This document shows, piece after piece, positions 43,585 through 53,122 of a stretch of DNA of 61,007 nt. How positions within the stretch are numbered: position 1 is the first letter of the stretch; each line of letters begins with the position of its first letter. Both the position numbers and the translations under genes were made by a program. Origin of the DNA: an uncultured Nitrososphaerota archaeon. GTDB taxonomy: Archaea; Thermoproteota; EX4484-205; JAAOZO01. Below the pieces are notes generated by a model that saw only the letters and a program-made list of their open reading frames with translations, did no database searches and was not told the DNA's origin. Where the stretch lies: NCBI GenBank assembly GCA_964639105.1, contig CAZXBW010000001.1, positions 1 through 61,007 of the forward strand. The letters run 5' to 3'.

Positions 43585-44069
43585 GGCTCCTGCACGACCG
43601 AGTACACGAACACCTTTCCATCTTGGTGCCTCGTGATCCTACCGCGCGCGGCCATGCTCTTCAGCGTTCTGCTCAGGTGCTCTCGCGTCTTCCCCAGTTT
43701 CTCCGCTATCGCTCTTGGTGTGGCTGGGCCACCGTTTCTCAAGATCTGCAGTATCTCATCCTCGAGTTCAGGACTTGGGGACCAGTGTACATCCTCACGA
43801 GATGCGCCCGGCGTTTCGATTTCATCTTGCCCCAAGGTATTGACCAGCTCCATGAGTCCCTGCGCCAGCTTTGCGTCGGCGGCCTCCACACGCGCTAGGC
43901 GCCCTTCTAGAGCCTCTGCTCGCTGCTTGGATTCTTCGTCGCGCTCCTGCAACCGCTTGAACTCTTCCTCTACTTGGGATAGTCGGTCCTCCAATTCCTT
44001 CTCCCTCTTCTTGTCCCACCCGAAGATCCTAGCGAGCAAGTTGCCTGCCTCCCAGGGCCTTGAGCACAT
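43581..44069 (-). CDS. Coiled-coil plus winged-helix (MarR/TrmB-like) protein, hypothetical
   Basis: Charged heptad-like region (KELEDRLSQVEEEFKRLQERDEESKQRAEALEGRLARVE), then ILQILRNGGPATPRAIAEKLGKTREHLSRTLKSMAARGRITR. Start uncertain because it overlaps the upstream gene by 41 nt. Confidence 0.4.
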   Translation of the reverse strand: MCSRPWEAGNLLARIFGWDKKREKELEDRLSQVEEEFKRLQERDEESKQRAEALEGRLARVEAADAKLAQGLMELVNTLGQDEIETPGASREDVHWSPSPELEDEILQILRNGGPATPRAIAEKLGKTREHLSRTLKSMAARGRITRHQDGKVFVYSVVQEP

Positions 44070-44613
44070 CGATCTTTGTTATTATCCCGAGGATCTTGCC
44101 CTCTTCCTTGACCAATACCCCCTTGTGCCCTCCCGCCAGCAACTCTAGGATCTCGACCAGTGGTGCCTCTGGCCTCACGGCAGGGAAGTATCCGCTGATC
44201 ACCTCTGTTATGGGCTTCTTGTAGAACTTCCCCGGGCTGTCCAACTGTAAGCCAAGGAGTGCGACTAGGTGATCCTCCTCAACACATCCAACGGTTTCAT
44301 TACCCTTCATGACGGGGAGTTGTGAGATGTCGTAAGTGGTCATCAATTTGATGGCCTTGGCAACCGTGTCGTCGTAACGTACTGAGACGACGTCGGTTGT
44401 CATCACATTCTTTGCGCATGGATCTGAAGACCCTGTGTGTTCAAAGGCGCCGACGATCTTCCGGAGAGTTGACATCTTAGGATCGACGGACCCATTCTCT
44501 ATCTTCGCGATTAGGCCTTGGCTCACGCCAACCTTGGATGCGAGTTGTCTTTGGGTCATGCCCGCCTTCTTCCTATACTGTCTGATCTCTGCTCCTGTTG
44601 GAATTCGCCACAC
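44029..44613 (-). CDS. HTH (XRE-type) plus CBS-pair transcriptional regulator
   Basis: IRQYRKKAGMTQRQLASKVGVSQGLIAKIENG followed by two CBS repeats. Confidence 0.75.
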   Translation of the reverse strand: MWRIPTGAEIRQYRKKAGMTQRQLASKVGVSQGLIAKIENGSVDPKMSTLRKIVGAFEHTGSSDPCAKNVMTTDVVSVRYDDTVAKAIKLMTTYDISQLPVMKGNETVGCVEEDHLVALLGLQLDSPGKFYKKPITEVISGYFPAVRPEAPLVEILELLAGGHKGVLVKEEGKILGIITKIDVLKALGGRQLAR

Positions 44614-44659
44614 GGCCTTGGTCGTGTGATATCATGATATTAGTCTTGCCGGTGTTGTG

Positions 44660-45085
44660 TCACAGCCGTTTGGCCGTCATCTCCTTGATGGCCCTCGCTA
44701 TGATAGATTCGGATTTCCGCAAAACAGCCTGTATATCTGTCGTTTCCCTCAGATCTTGGGCTTCCCCGAGTTCATGCAGGAGGTTACCTACGATCGTGAT
44801 ATTGTCGATATCACGTTGGTTGATTACGCCCTCATATACGAGCAAGGTGAGGGTGTAAAGGGACTGCTCGATGTTCCGTCGGGCTTGTGTCAGGCTTCTG
44901 AAGAACGCACCCTTTGTGACTCTCTTACCCGAGAGCCTGTACGCATCCGACCCAGACGTTACATGATCTCCTTGGACATACGACAACACGGCGGAAAGCT
45001 GCGTCTTGGTCAGACTCGAATTCTTCGTCAGGAATGTTCTGATGGCATTTTCCTTGGGAATTCTAGATCTTTCCGGCTGCGTCAT
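44660..45085 (-). CDS. Hypothetical protein
   Basis: 141-aa ORF with no competing ORF of better quality. No motif recognised. Confidence 0.35.
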   Translation of the reverse strand: MTQPERSRIPKENAIRTFLTKNSSLTKTQLSAVLSYVQGDHVTSGSDAYRLSGKRVTKGAFFRSLTQARRNIEQSLYTLTLLVYEGVINQRDIDNITIVGNLLHELGEAQDLRETTDIQAVLRKSESIIARAIKEMTAKRL

Positions 45086-45279
45086 GGGTCTCGTAATACA
45101 AAGTCGTATATCTAAATGAATTCGCCCGTCAGGTGCCTCCGTCAGATCCTAGGGTTGAGTTTTCGGGCCTTGCACGGGTGCTTTCTGCAGATTTTCTTAC
45201 CGGGTGCCCAAGCCGGTCCTGGTGAAAGATGAAGTGAGCTGGAAAACTTTAAGGCAAGTGAGTCCTTCCTCGCGTCGGA

Positions 45280-45558
45280 ATGGGACGTAAGAGAAGGAAG
45301 GAACAGAAGGTCATCCACAAGAGACTCCCGTCCATATTCAACTGTCCGAACTGTGGGATGAACTCAGTTTCAGTCGAGATCGATAGTCAGACGAGGAAGG
45401 CCACGGTCAAGTGTGGTTCTTGTGGCAGGTCAGGCGAGTATGTACTGAAGACTCTTCAGAAGAAGATAGATGCATACAACATGTTCATAGACCAATTCTT
45501 CGAAGAGGCGGGAGCCGCCGAGGAGGCGGGTCCTTCCACGGAGGCAGTCCCATCGTGA
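45280..45558 (+). CDS. elf1: Transcription elongation factor Elf1 homologue
   Basis: Basic N-terminus MGRKRRKEQK, Zn ribbon FNCPNCG...VKCGSCG, then IDAYNMFIDQF, matching the Elf1 pattern. Confidence 0.7.
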   Translation: MGRKRRKEQKVIHKRLPSIFNCPNCGMNSVSVEIDSQTRKATVKCGSCGRSGEYVLKTLQKKIDAYNMFIDQFFEEAGAAEEAGPSTEAVPS

Positions 45559-46346
45559 CTTCTCCAGACGAGATAGTCAAGGTCGGACGGATCGAGCGGC
45601 TCATCTATGATCGTCTCCGTCGAGATGGCTACCTGTACTTCATCTTGATCGACCCAGAGAAGCCCGGCGATCTGAAGACACTTGCACGCGCGGCTGAAGA
45701 GGAAGGAGCCTCTGGCTTCCTTGTGGGTGGGAGCACCGCGCAGATGACCTCAGACTACGAAGCCACAATTTCCGACTTGAAGAAAAATGGGACTCTTCCT
45801 GTCCTGATATTTCCAAGTGGGACGTCGTCAGTCGCAAAGGGCAGCGATGCGATTTGGTTCATGAGCCTGCTGAACTCAGATGATCCTCATTACATAATCG
45901 GCGCGCAAATGCTCGGGATAAGTGGGATCAGGCGTCTGGGACTTGAAGCAATCCCCATGGGCTACATAGTTGTCGGTTACGGCGGAACAGCCGGCTTCGT
46001 CGGACGGGCAAGGGTGATACCCTACGAACGACCGGAGGTAGCCTGTGGGTATGCTGCAGCAGCGGAAGCCTTGGGGATTCGTTTCATCTATCTTGAGGGT
46101 GGGTCGGGCGCGCCCAAGCACGTACCACCAGAGTTCGTGGCTGCTGTCAGACGCGCAGTACACATTCCGCTACTTGTAGGTGGCGGGATAACTACTGGCG
46201 ATGCAGCCGCAGAACTAGTGAAAGCGGGTGCAGATGGCATAGTGACGGGGACCGTTCTTGAAGGAGAACCCCAGATTCGTGAGAAAATAAGGGAGATAGT
46301 CGCCGGCTGCAAGAAGGCAGTGCACTCGCGTCAACCCAAAGTCTAA
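45555..46346 (+). CDS. Geranylgeranylglyceryl phosphate synthase (PcrB/GGGPS family)
   Basis: LIDPEK, FLVGGS, IFPSG, YIVVGYGG, FIYLEGGSGA and LLVGGGI motifs. GTG 45555 overlaps the elf1 stop. The listed ORF extension to 45411 overlaps elf1. Confidence 0.85.
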   Translation: MTSPDEIVKVGRIERLIYDRLRRDGYLYFILIDPEKPGDLKTLARAAEEEGASGFLVGGSTAQMTSDYEATISDLKKNGTLPVLIFPSGTSSVAKGSDAIWFMSLLNSDDPHYIIGAQMLGISGIRRLGLEAIPMGYIVVGYGGTAGFVGRARVIPYERPEVACGYAAAAEALGIRFIYLEGGSGAPKHVPPEFVAAVRRAVHIPLLVGGGITTGDAAAELVKAGADGIVTGTVLEGEPQIREKIREIVAGCKKAVHSRQPKV

Positions 46347-46348
46347 TA

Positions 46349-49300
46349 GTGCGTGCCTACATGTCCGGTTCGAACTTGGGGCAGCCGTTGGACGTCTACC
46401 AGAAGGATCTTCTCGACGAAACCAGCAGGCTGTACAGTCTCGCTGCTCGCGCTAGGCGGAACTCTCTAGATTCCACTCCGAACGTCGACTCGAAACTCGT
46501 CTTCTCGCATGGTCAGACCATCGAACACCTCATAGGGCTGGCTGGGCTGGCTGAACGCTTCGAAGATTGGGCAGGGCAGCTTCCCTATACCCAGGTTCCG
46601 TTCAAGATAGCTGAGGACGTGATTTACGGGCGGTTCGGATCCTTTGAGCAGGACGCGCTCGCCCTTCTCGCCATCAAGGCAGGAGTTGCATGCATTACTC
46701 CTCCTGGTACGACGGCCGCGCCGATTGAGGGGATAGCCGGAGCAAAGATCAACCGGAACTATGACAGATCGCAGTACCTAGCCATCTACTTTGCGGGCCC
46801 GATGAGATCAGCAGGAGGAACCGAACAGGCCCTGTCCATTTTGATCGGGGATTTTGTCAAGTCATTGTTACATCTCTCGAAGTACATACCCACTAAGGAG
46901 GAGATCGCGCGTTTCATCGAGGAGTTCAGACTCTACGAGCGTAGGGTTTCGAGATTCCAGTACAGAGTCTCGGAAGATCAAATCATGTTCGCGCTTGAGA
47001 GGATGCCCATAGAGGTGACAGGGGTTGGCACGGACCCAGTCGAGGTCGTTGCCTACAGGGGCCTCCCGAGGATCCCCACGAACTACGTTCGTGGTGGTGC
47101 GTTGCGTGTTCTGATCGACGGGTTCATCGGCAGGAGCGGTAAGGTCATGAAGTTCGTCAAGGAACTGAATCTGTCCGGCTGGGAGTGGCTTGAGTCACTG
47201 AACGTTTCACAACGAGAGTCAACCTACATGGATGAGGTGCTGGTCGGAAGGCCCGCCGTCTCGTCCTCCGACAGGTTCGGTGGCCTAAGGATCAGATACG
47301 GACGGGCGAGAAACACAGGACTCGCCTCGGTCGGCGTGCATCCAGCCACAATGGTCAGTCTCGATTCCTTCTTGGCGGTGGGGTCACAGCTGCGAATCGA
47401 TAGACCTGGTAAGTCGAGCACGATACTACCTGTGGACTCGATCGAGCCACCGGTAGTCAGACTGGAGGATGGCTCCGTTGTCAGGTTGGACACAACCGCA
47501 AAAGCACAGAACCTTGTTGGCTCGATTTCTGAGATTTTGTTCCTCGGGGATGTGTTGGTATCCCCGGGAGACTACATCGAGACCAACCATACGTTGGACA
47601 AGCCGGGGTTTGTTGAGGAGTGGTGGGCATCTGAACTAAGAGAAGTTGTTTCCAGCGATTCCGGGGGGATAGAGGCCTGCTCACAGAAAGTCGAGATCCC
47701 ACCGGAGAGACTTCGGCTCTTGGTGGAGAAACCGCTGGAATTAAGGCCTGATTTCAAAGAAGCCTCCAGAATATCGGGCCGCCTGAATATTCCGCTGCAC
47801 CCGGCCTTTGCCCACCTCTGGGAGAGATGCAGCGGGTCCGAGGTCTTTGATCTTCTGCTCTACCTGAAGAAGGAAGCCGTCAAGCAGGAGGGCAAGATAG
47901 TACTACCGCGTAACGACAAGATCGAATCATCCCTGGACAAGGCATTGGTCACCAGAAGAGTAGACGGCGACAGGATGGTGTTGGATGAAGATGCACTACA
48001 ACTCGTCGTTGCCCTTTCAACCTCTGAGAGCATTGCACTACCTCAACCCGAGGAGAATGGGCTGGATTACATCAGCAGAATAACACGTTTACCGCTGAAG
48101 GAAAGATCTGGAAGTTTCATATCCGCTAGAGTCGGAAGACCGGAGGCCGCCAAACCCAGACGCATGAAGCCACCAGTGCAGGTTCTGTTTCCGGTTGGGA
48201 ATGCCGGGGGCGCAGCTCGGGATGTGATAGCAGCTGGGAGCAAAGGACCAGCTAAGATCGAGATTGCCGACAGGAGATGTGTGGACTGTGGCTCACCTTC
48301 GTCTTACCCCAGATGCCCGAAATGCGGTGGTGAGACACGTGCACAGAGTGTCTGTCCGCGGTGCGGAGCACGGATCGAGAATTCAACATGTAGCAAGTGC
48401 GGCGAGAAGGCGAAGCCCTACTCAACAAGAGAGTTCAATGTCAACGATGAGATAAGACGGGCACAGCAGAAACTGGGCCTCAGATCATTGCCAGAGCACG
48501 TCAAGGGTGTCAAGTCGCTGTTCAACGACTGGAGGATACCCGAAGCGCTGGAAAAGGGGTTACTACGTGCGATTCACAAGTTATCTGTCTACAAGGACGG
48601 GACTTGCAGGTTCGATGCCTCGAACGTTGTACTCACATCTTTCAAACCTTCGGAAATCGGCACCCCTATACCGCAGCTCATGGCCATGGGTTATGAGAAA
48701 GATGTTGACGGACGTCCTCTTTCTTCGCCTGATCAACTCGTGCCGCTTAAGATCCAAGATGTCATAGTACCCAAGAGCTCTCTCCCCTTCCTGCTGAACT
48801 TGGCATCCTTCTTGGATAAACTACTCGCGACGTACGGTTGCGAACCCTACTACAATGTGAGGGATCGAACGGACCTAATCGGCAAGCACATTATCTCAAT
48901 CTCTCCTCACACTGTAGGCGGGATTGTCGGGAGGATAATAGGAATTACAGAGGCAGACGTGCTCTATGCACACCCATACTATCATCAGGCTAAGAGGAGA
49001 GACTGTGACGGAGACGCCGACTCCTTCACGCTCGCGCTCGACGTGTTCCTCAACTTGAACAAAGCGTTCATGCCAGAACGACCTGGAGGGAAGATGGATT
49101 CGCCTCTGGTAGTGTTTCCGTTTGTGAACCCCAAGGAGATCGATGATCAGGTGTACAACATGGAGGACGAGCGATTCCTCCCTGCAAGCTTCTACAGGCT
49201 GGCTGACACGAAATGTGATCCTGCTGCACTACATGGAGTGCTGAATCTCGTGGGGTCTTCCATTCCTCTGAGTATATCATCCACTCACTCGACGGACACT

Positions 49301-49774
49301 TTCGATTCCGGACCCAAGATGTCACGCTATAGGTCGATAGACAACACGACGGACAAACTCATGGCGCAGATTTCTGTCTTGGAGAAACTTCCCGCGGTGG
49401 ACAAGACCAAGGTTCTTCAACACATACTGGATACTCACCTGATGAGAGACTTCTCCGGAAATGTCAAGGCGCTGTACACCACCGGATTCAGGTGCGCGAA
49501 GTGTGGGATGAAATTCAGGAGGCCCCCGATATCCGGACGATGTAGTGGATGTGGTTCTGTAATTCAGCCCAATGTATACATGGCCAACGTCATCAAATAC
49601 TACGAACTAATCAAATACATAGCTAGGAACTTCCAGCTTGAGCCATATTTCGTGGAGTCGATAAGGGCATTGAGTGAAGAAGCGAAGCACATACCTAGCG
49701 CGGCTTCGAAAGCTGCATCAGTTGATACAAGATCCTCCTCTCTCACGAGATTCATGGACTCCGATTCCGCGTGA
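46349..49774 (+). CDS. polC: DNA polymerase D large subunit (DP2)
   Basis: APIEGIAGAKI...YLAIYFAGPMRSAGGTEQALSILIGDF, several Zn-binding Cys clusters, and a length around 1140 aa. No intein-like insertion seen. Confidence 0.9.
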   Translation: MRAYMSGSNLGQPLDVYQKDLLDETSRLYSLAARARRNSLDSTPNVDSKLVFSHGQTIEHLIGLAGLAERFEDWAGQLPYTQVPFKIAEDVIYGRFGSFEQDALALLAIKAGVACITPPGTTAAPIEGIAGAKINRNYDRSQYLAIYFAGPMRSAGGTEQALSILIGDFVKSLLHLSKYIPTKEEIARFIEEFRLYERRVSRFQYRVSEDQIMFALERMPIEVTGVGTDPVEVVAYRGLPRIPTNYVRGGALRVLIDGFIGRSGKVMKFVKELNLSGWEWLESLNVSQRESTYMDEVLVGRPAVSSSDRFGGLRIRYGRARNTGLASVGVHPATMVSLDSFLAVGSQLRIDRPGKSSTILPVDSIEPPVVRLEDGSVVRLDTTAKAQNLVGSISEILFLGDVLVSPGDYIETNHTLDKPGFVEEWWASELREVVSSDSGGIEACSQKVEIPPERLRLLVEKPLELRPDFKEASRISGRLNIPLHPAFAHLWERCSGSEVFDLLLYLKKEAVKQEGKIVLPRNDKIESSLDKALVTRRVDGDRMVLDEDALQLVVALSTSESIALPQPEENGLDYISRITRLPLKERSGSFISARVGRPEAAKPRRMKPPVQVLFPVGNAGGAARDVIAAGSKGPAKIEIADRRCVDCGSPSSYPRCPKCGGETRAQSVCPRCGARIENSTCSKCGEKAKPYSTREFNVNDEIRRAQQKLGLRSLPEHVKGVKSLFNDWRIPEALEKGLLRAIHKLSVYKDGTCRFDASNVVLTSFKPSEIGTPIPQLMAMGYEKDVDGRPLSSPDQLVPLKIQDVIVPKSSLPFLLNLASFLDKLLATYGCEPYYNVRDRTDLIGKHIISISPHTVGGIVGRIIGITEADVLYAHPYYHQAKRRDCDGDADSFTLALDVFLNLNKAFMPERPGGKMDSPLVVFPFVNPKEIDDQVYNMEDERFLPASFYRLADTKCDPAALHGVLNLVGSSIPLSISSTHSTDTFDSGPKMSRYRSIDNTTDKLMAQISVLEKLPAVDKTKVLQHILDTHLMRDFSGNVKALYTTGFRCAKCGMKFRRPPISGRCSGCGSVIQPNVYMANVIKYYELIKYIARNFQLEPYFVESIRALSEEAKHIPSAASKAASVDTRSSSLTRFMDSDSA

Positions 49775-50288
49775 TCTTGCGCGTCGTCGATCGGACGCGG
49801 ACTACACGAGAGCCACACTCTGGGCATTGTGTTAGGGGTCGGGCGAACACCTTGCCACAAACGGAACAGCGATAGCGATATGTGATCTCCTTGGTAATTC
49901 CCTGGTGGGTCAACCCCCCGTAGTCTATTCCGATGCTGGACAACAGATTCTGCAGGGCGTAGTCATCTGTCAAGACTTTGACCCTCTTCCTCCTCTGTCT
50001 CAAACTAACAGCCGCTGCCGCGACCTCCAAGTCGGCATCTGACAACTTCTCGGACTCCCCGATCCTTGAGGCTCGCTCACGAACGGACATCATGTCATTC
50101 TCTTTCACCTCGATCTTCCTGACCCTTCGTGCTTCTAAGTAGGCCAGAGCCCTGCTCGCGGTCTGAGGAGTCCCCTTCAGCTCCCCCAAAACGCCCTCTG
50201 TGACGTAGATTTCCTGGGCCTCAGCTGGAATTACCCCTGCGATAAAGGCCCGTGCGTCTAAGATGTAACTCGTAAGCGCCCGGGTCAT
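49752..50288 (-). CDS. nob1: Nob1-like endonuclease (PIN domain plus Zn ribbon)
   Basis: N-terminal YILDARAFIAG PIN start, LTDDYALQN, and a C-terminal CSVCG...CPECG ribbon. Confidence 0.7.
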   Translation of the reverse strand: MTRALTSYILDARAFIAGVIPAEAQEIYVTEGVLGELKGTPQTASRALAYLEARRVRKIEVKENDMMSVRERASRIGESEKLSDADLEVAAAAVSLRQRRKRVKVLTDDYALQNLLSSIGIDYGGLTHQGITKEITYRYRCSVCGKVFARPLTQCPECGSRVVRVRSTTRKITRNRSP

Positions 50289-51115
50289 TCGCTCATGACC
50301 CTTTGGATTCGCCTCATCAGGTATTCCTTTGTGAACCTGATCATGTTCACGATCTCTTTGCCCTTTGTGACCGTCATGATCTCATCATCTTCCACTTGAT
50401 GTTCGACGAACCCATCAAGGACGAGAACTGGTTTCTCCTTCCCTCCAATCTTCCTAACAGATATCCTCCTGTCCTCGTGAACTACGATTGGTGGCCACAG
50501 TCGCCTTGCGGAAATCGGACACACGACCAGACCGGGCAGACTGTCATCCAGCGAAGGACCTCCAGACGCTAAGCAGAATGCAGTAGAGCCAAGGGGGGTT
50601 GAAATCATGACGCCGCTAGACACTATATCCATCTGGCCGAGCCCCTCTATGTCGACCTGCAGAGACAGGACGCCCTTCCAGGTTCTCGTAGCGAATAGGG
50701 CCTCGTTCAGGGCGCTACCAGTCCAGCCAGCGCTCGTTCGGACGAGCAGTTTGCGGACGCGTTCGAGTGTGTAATTCCCAGCTAGGATGTCTTGGAGTCT
50801 CTCTGGCAGCTCGGGCAGCCGGACCTCCGCCAGGAATGCCTTGTTACCCATGCTCACATGGAGAACAGGAGTCGAGGGATTGAGTAACCCAGAGATCGCA
50901 TAGAATAGGGTCCCGTCTCCACCTGCCGCGATCATCAAGTTACAGTCAAACTTGGGCGGAACTGACAGAGGATAGAACAGATGATACTCTATCTCCGAGC
51001 CCTTCAGGACCTTCTCTATATCCGCTTTCTTGATCTTGGCTTCGACCTCGGGATCTTTGGACACCACACACACCTTTCTGTAATGCTGCATCCAGTGACC
51101 GGAGAGATTGCTCAC
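50285..51115 (-). CDS. nadK: NAD kinase
   Basis: MIAAGGDGTL motif, plus a STPLGSTAF (for TGSTAY)-like motif. Confidence 0.85.
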   Translation of the reverse strand: MSNLSGHWMQHYRKVCVVSKDPEVEAKIKKADIEKVLKGSEIEYHLFYPLSVPPKFDCNLMIAAGGDGTLFYAISGLLNPSTPVLHVSMGNKAFLAEVRLPELPERLQDILAGNYTLERVRKLLVRTSAGWTGSALNEALFATRTWKGVLSLQVDIEGLGQMDIVSSGVMISTPLGSTAFCLASGGPSLDDSLPGLVVCPISARRLWPPIVVHEDRRISVRKIGGKEKPVLVLDGFVEHQVEDDEIMTVTKGKEIVNMIRFTKEYLMRRIQRVMSE

Positions 51116-51225
51116 TTTTTAAGCAATGATGCTGCGCGGCTGGACCGTTATCGACCCCCCGTCATTGGGGCCGGTCGCAGGGATCTCACGGTCGTTCGAC
51201 CCCACGCCGCGAGATCCCACGCATT

Positions 51226-51345
51226 CTACTTGTAGTATTGGTTTGTCCTGTAGGCAAACGGCTGTGCGAACCTATCGGCCCTGAGATCCTTGGCGATCTC
51301 GTTCCAGTCGATTGCTTTCTTGGCCCTTTTCTTCCACACTTGCAT
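51226..51345 (-). CDS. Candidate small ORF (39 aa), unverified
   Basis: Hand translation MQVWKKRAKKAIDWNEIAKDLRADRFAQPFAYRTNQYYK. GGTGA lies 8 nt upstream of the ATG. No homology recognised. Confidence 0.2.
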   Translation of the reverse strand: MQVWKKRAKKAIDWNEIAKDLRADRFAQPFAYRTNQYYK

Positions 51346-51464
51346 TCTACATATCACCAGAGGATGATGAGTTGGTGCACATACTTAATGGAGACTCACG
51401 AATCAACATCTCGTTTCATAATCACTGGAGCATGATAACGATCTGTGCTCACGCGTTGTGAGTC

Positions 51465-52736
51465 TTGCTTAAGTCAGTGCCACGGCAACATGGGGTCAGA
51501 AGCAAAATGGTCGAGAGCATGAGGGTTGAACGAGGGAAGATTGCTGAGGTCGATGTTGTGGAAGGAGATCTGACTCTGGAGGCCGGCTCTAGGATCGGTC
51601 CGAAATCTCAGGGCAAGGTTGTGGTGAAAGGAACCACGATATGCGAGGGAGATTGTGAGGTGTTGTCTGGGTTAGAAACCGAGGGCATCGAGGGAGAAAG
51701 GAGAGGGAAAGTCAGTGTCCGCGGTGATCTGCTCGTCCGGAATTCGGTTAAGCTGGACGAGGGAGAATTAGTTGTCGATGGTTTGGTCAACGCGAGAGAC
51801 ATTGATGTTGGGAGGAGGCTCTCAATCGCCAAGGATCTACATTGTGCGGTCGTAGACGTTGGTGGAAGCCTAGACATCGGGGGGGATGCGGAGACGGAGA
51901 AAGTTAGTGTTGGGGGCTCTGTCTCTGTGCAAGGCCGTCTCAAGGCGAGAAAGCTAGATGTTGGGGGTTCGGTCAAAATCAAGGGGTTCGTGGATCTCGA
52001 TAGACTCGACGTCGGAGGGGTAGCAAACGTTGGGGGAGGAAGAATAGATGATGTGTCGGTGGGCGGGACATTTGAATCCTCCGGAAAGCTCGGCTTCAAG
52101 AAGCTTGATGTCGGAGGAATCGCCAAGATAGCAGAAGGAGAAGGCCAGGGTAAGATCAATGTCGGCGGAGTCTTTAGTGTGGGAGGCAGCTTGGAGTTTG
52201 ATGTGTTGGACGTCGGAGGAAAGGTCGACATCAGGGGATCCATCAAAGGCAGAGGTGTGAATGTCGGGGGTCAAATGGACGCAGGTGAGAACGCGACGAT
52301 AAAGGAGTGGCTGAAGGTCGGAGGATATGCAAAGGTGGGAGGTGAGCTGAATGCGGGGAGCGTAGAAGTCGGAGGCTCCTTGGCTGCAAAGGTCTGTCTG
52401 GCTGAGGGCGTCACCGTAGGCGGGGAGATCAGGACGGAAAAGGGAACGAAGGCCAAGAGGTTTGAGATTGGCAGAGGAGGAAAGGTCAAAGGGTCCATTG
52501 TTGCTGATGAAGCGAAGATTGGCAGAGGTGCAGAGGTGGAGGATGTCTATGCTGGTAAGCTCGAGATGGAAGAGGACTCGTCCGCCAACAACGTCTATGT
52601 AAGGGAAGCGAGGTTGGGATCCGACTCTAAGATCTTGGGCGAGCTGCTGTACACCGGAACCTTTGAACTTGGAGAAAATGCTATGGTGCGATCCGGACCA
52701 ACAAAAGCAGAAAAGCTGCCGAGTCCTCCCATCTAG
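51465..52736 (+). CDS. Bactofilin-like (polymer-forming, beta-helix repeat) protein
   Basis: About 15 repeats centred on V-G-G (LDVGGSVKIKG, VSVGGTFESSG, INVGGVFSVGG...) as in DUF583/bactofilin beta-helices. An alternative ATG start lies at 51507. Confidence 0.55.
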   Translation: MLKSVPRQHGVRSKMVESMRVERGKIAEVDVVEGDLTLEAGSRIGPKSQGKVVVKGTTICEGDCEVLSGLETEGIEGERRGKVSVRGDLLVRNSVKLDEGELVVDGLVNARDIDVGRRLSIAKDLHCAVVDVGGSLDIGGDAETEKVSVGGSVSVQGRLKARKLDVGGSVKIKGFVDLDRLDVGGVANVGGGRIDDVSVGGTFESSGKLGFKKLDVGGIAKIAEGEGQGKINVGGVFSVGGSLEFDVLDVGGKVDIRGSIKGRGVNVGGQMDAGENATIKEWLKVGGYAKVGGELNAGSVEVGGSLAAKVCLAEGVTVGGEIRTEKGTKAKRFEIGRGGKVKGSIVADEAKIGRGAEVEDVYAGKLEMEEDSSANNVYVREARLGSDSKILGELLYTGTFELGENAMVRSGPTKAEKLPSPPI

Positions 52737-52760
52737 GGAGTCACTTCGGCGATTCGGGGT

Positions 52761-53021
52761 ATGAGCAAATCAAAGAGATCTCGGGTGGAGATATACGCGG
52801 ACGTGCTCAGAGCTCTCAGAACGGTCGACGGAGGGTGCCGGATAACTAGGCTATCTTACGGAACCAACATGCCGTTGGACAGGATGAATGACTTAGTTGA
52901 GGAGTTGATTTCCTTCGGGCTAATCGCTAAGAGGCCAGACGATCCAAGATTCTACGTGATCACAGCAAGAGGAATAGACTTCTTGGATGCGTTCAAGAAG
53001 CTCTTCCTGTTCCTTGAATAA
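52761..53021 (+). CDS. Small winged-helix DNA-binding protein
   Basis: 86 aa. RVEIYADVLRAL...ITRLSYGTNMPLDRMNDLVEELISFGLI...YVITARG is typical of small archaeal wHTH proteins. Confidence 0.5.
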   Translation: MSKSKRSRVEIYADVLRALRTVDGGCRITRLSYGTNMPLDRMNDLVEELISFGLIAKRPDDPRFYVITARGIDFLDAFKKLFLFLE

Positions 53022-53122
53022 GTAGCTTAGTGCCATCCCAGCAACTACGGCAACCGAGACTACTGGGGTTGGGTTAATATTCGGGTCCAAAGATGCTTTG
53101 AGGGCAACAGGCGAGCATTGGA

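Noticed and set aside
46349-49774. Inteins in PolD large subunit, and in other common intein hosts in the window such as PCNA, Orc1/Cdc6 and the aaRS genes
   Set aside because: The translations read contiguously through conserved motifs. There is no Cys...His-Asn-bounded insertion and no LAGLIDADG or HNH segment.
51608-52246. 212-aa antisense ORF rich in P, T and S inside the bactofilin-like gene
   Set aside because: It is a shadow of the GGN-rich repeat codons on the sense strand. Its low-complexity composition has no independent support.
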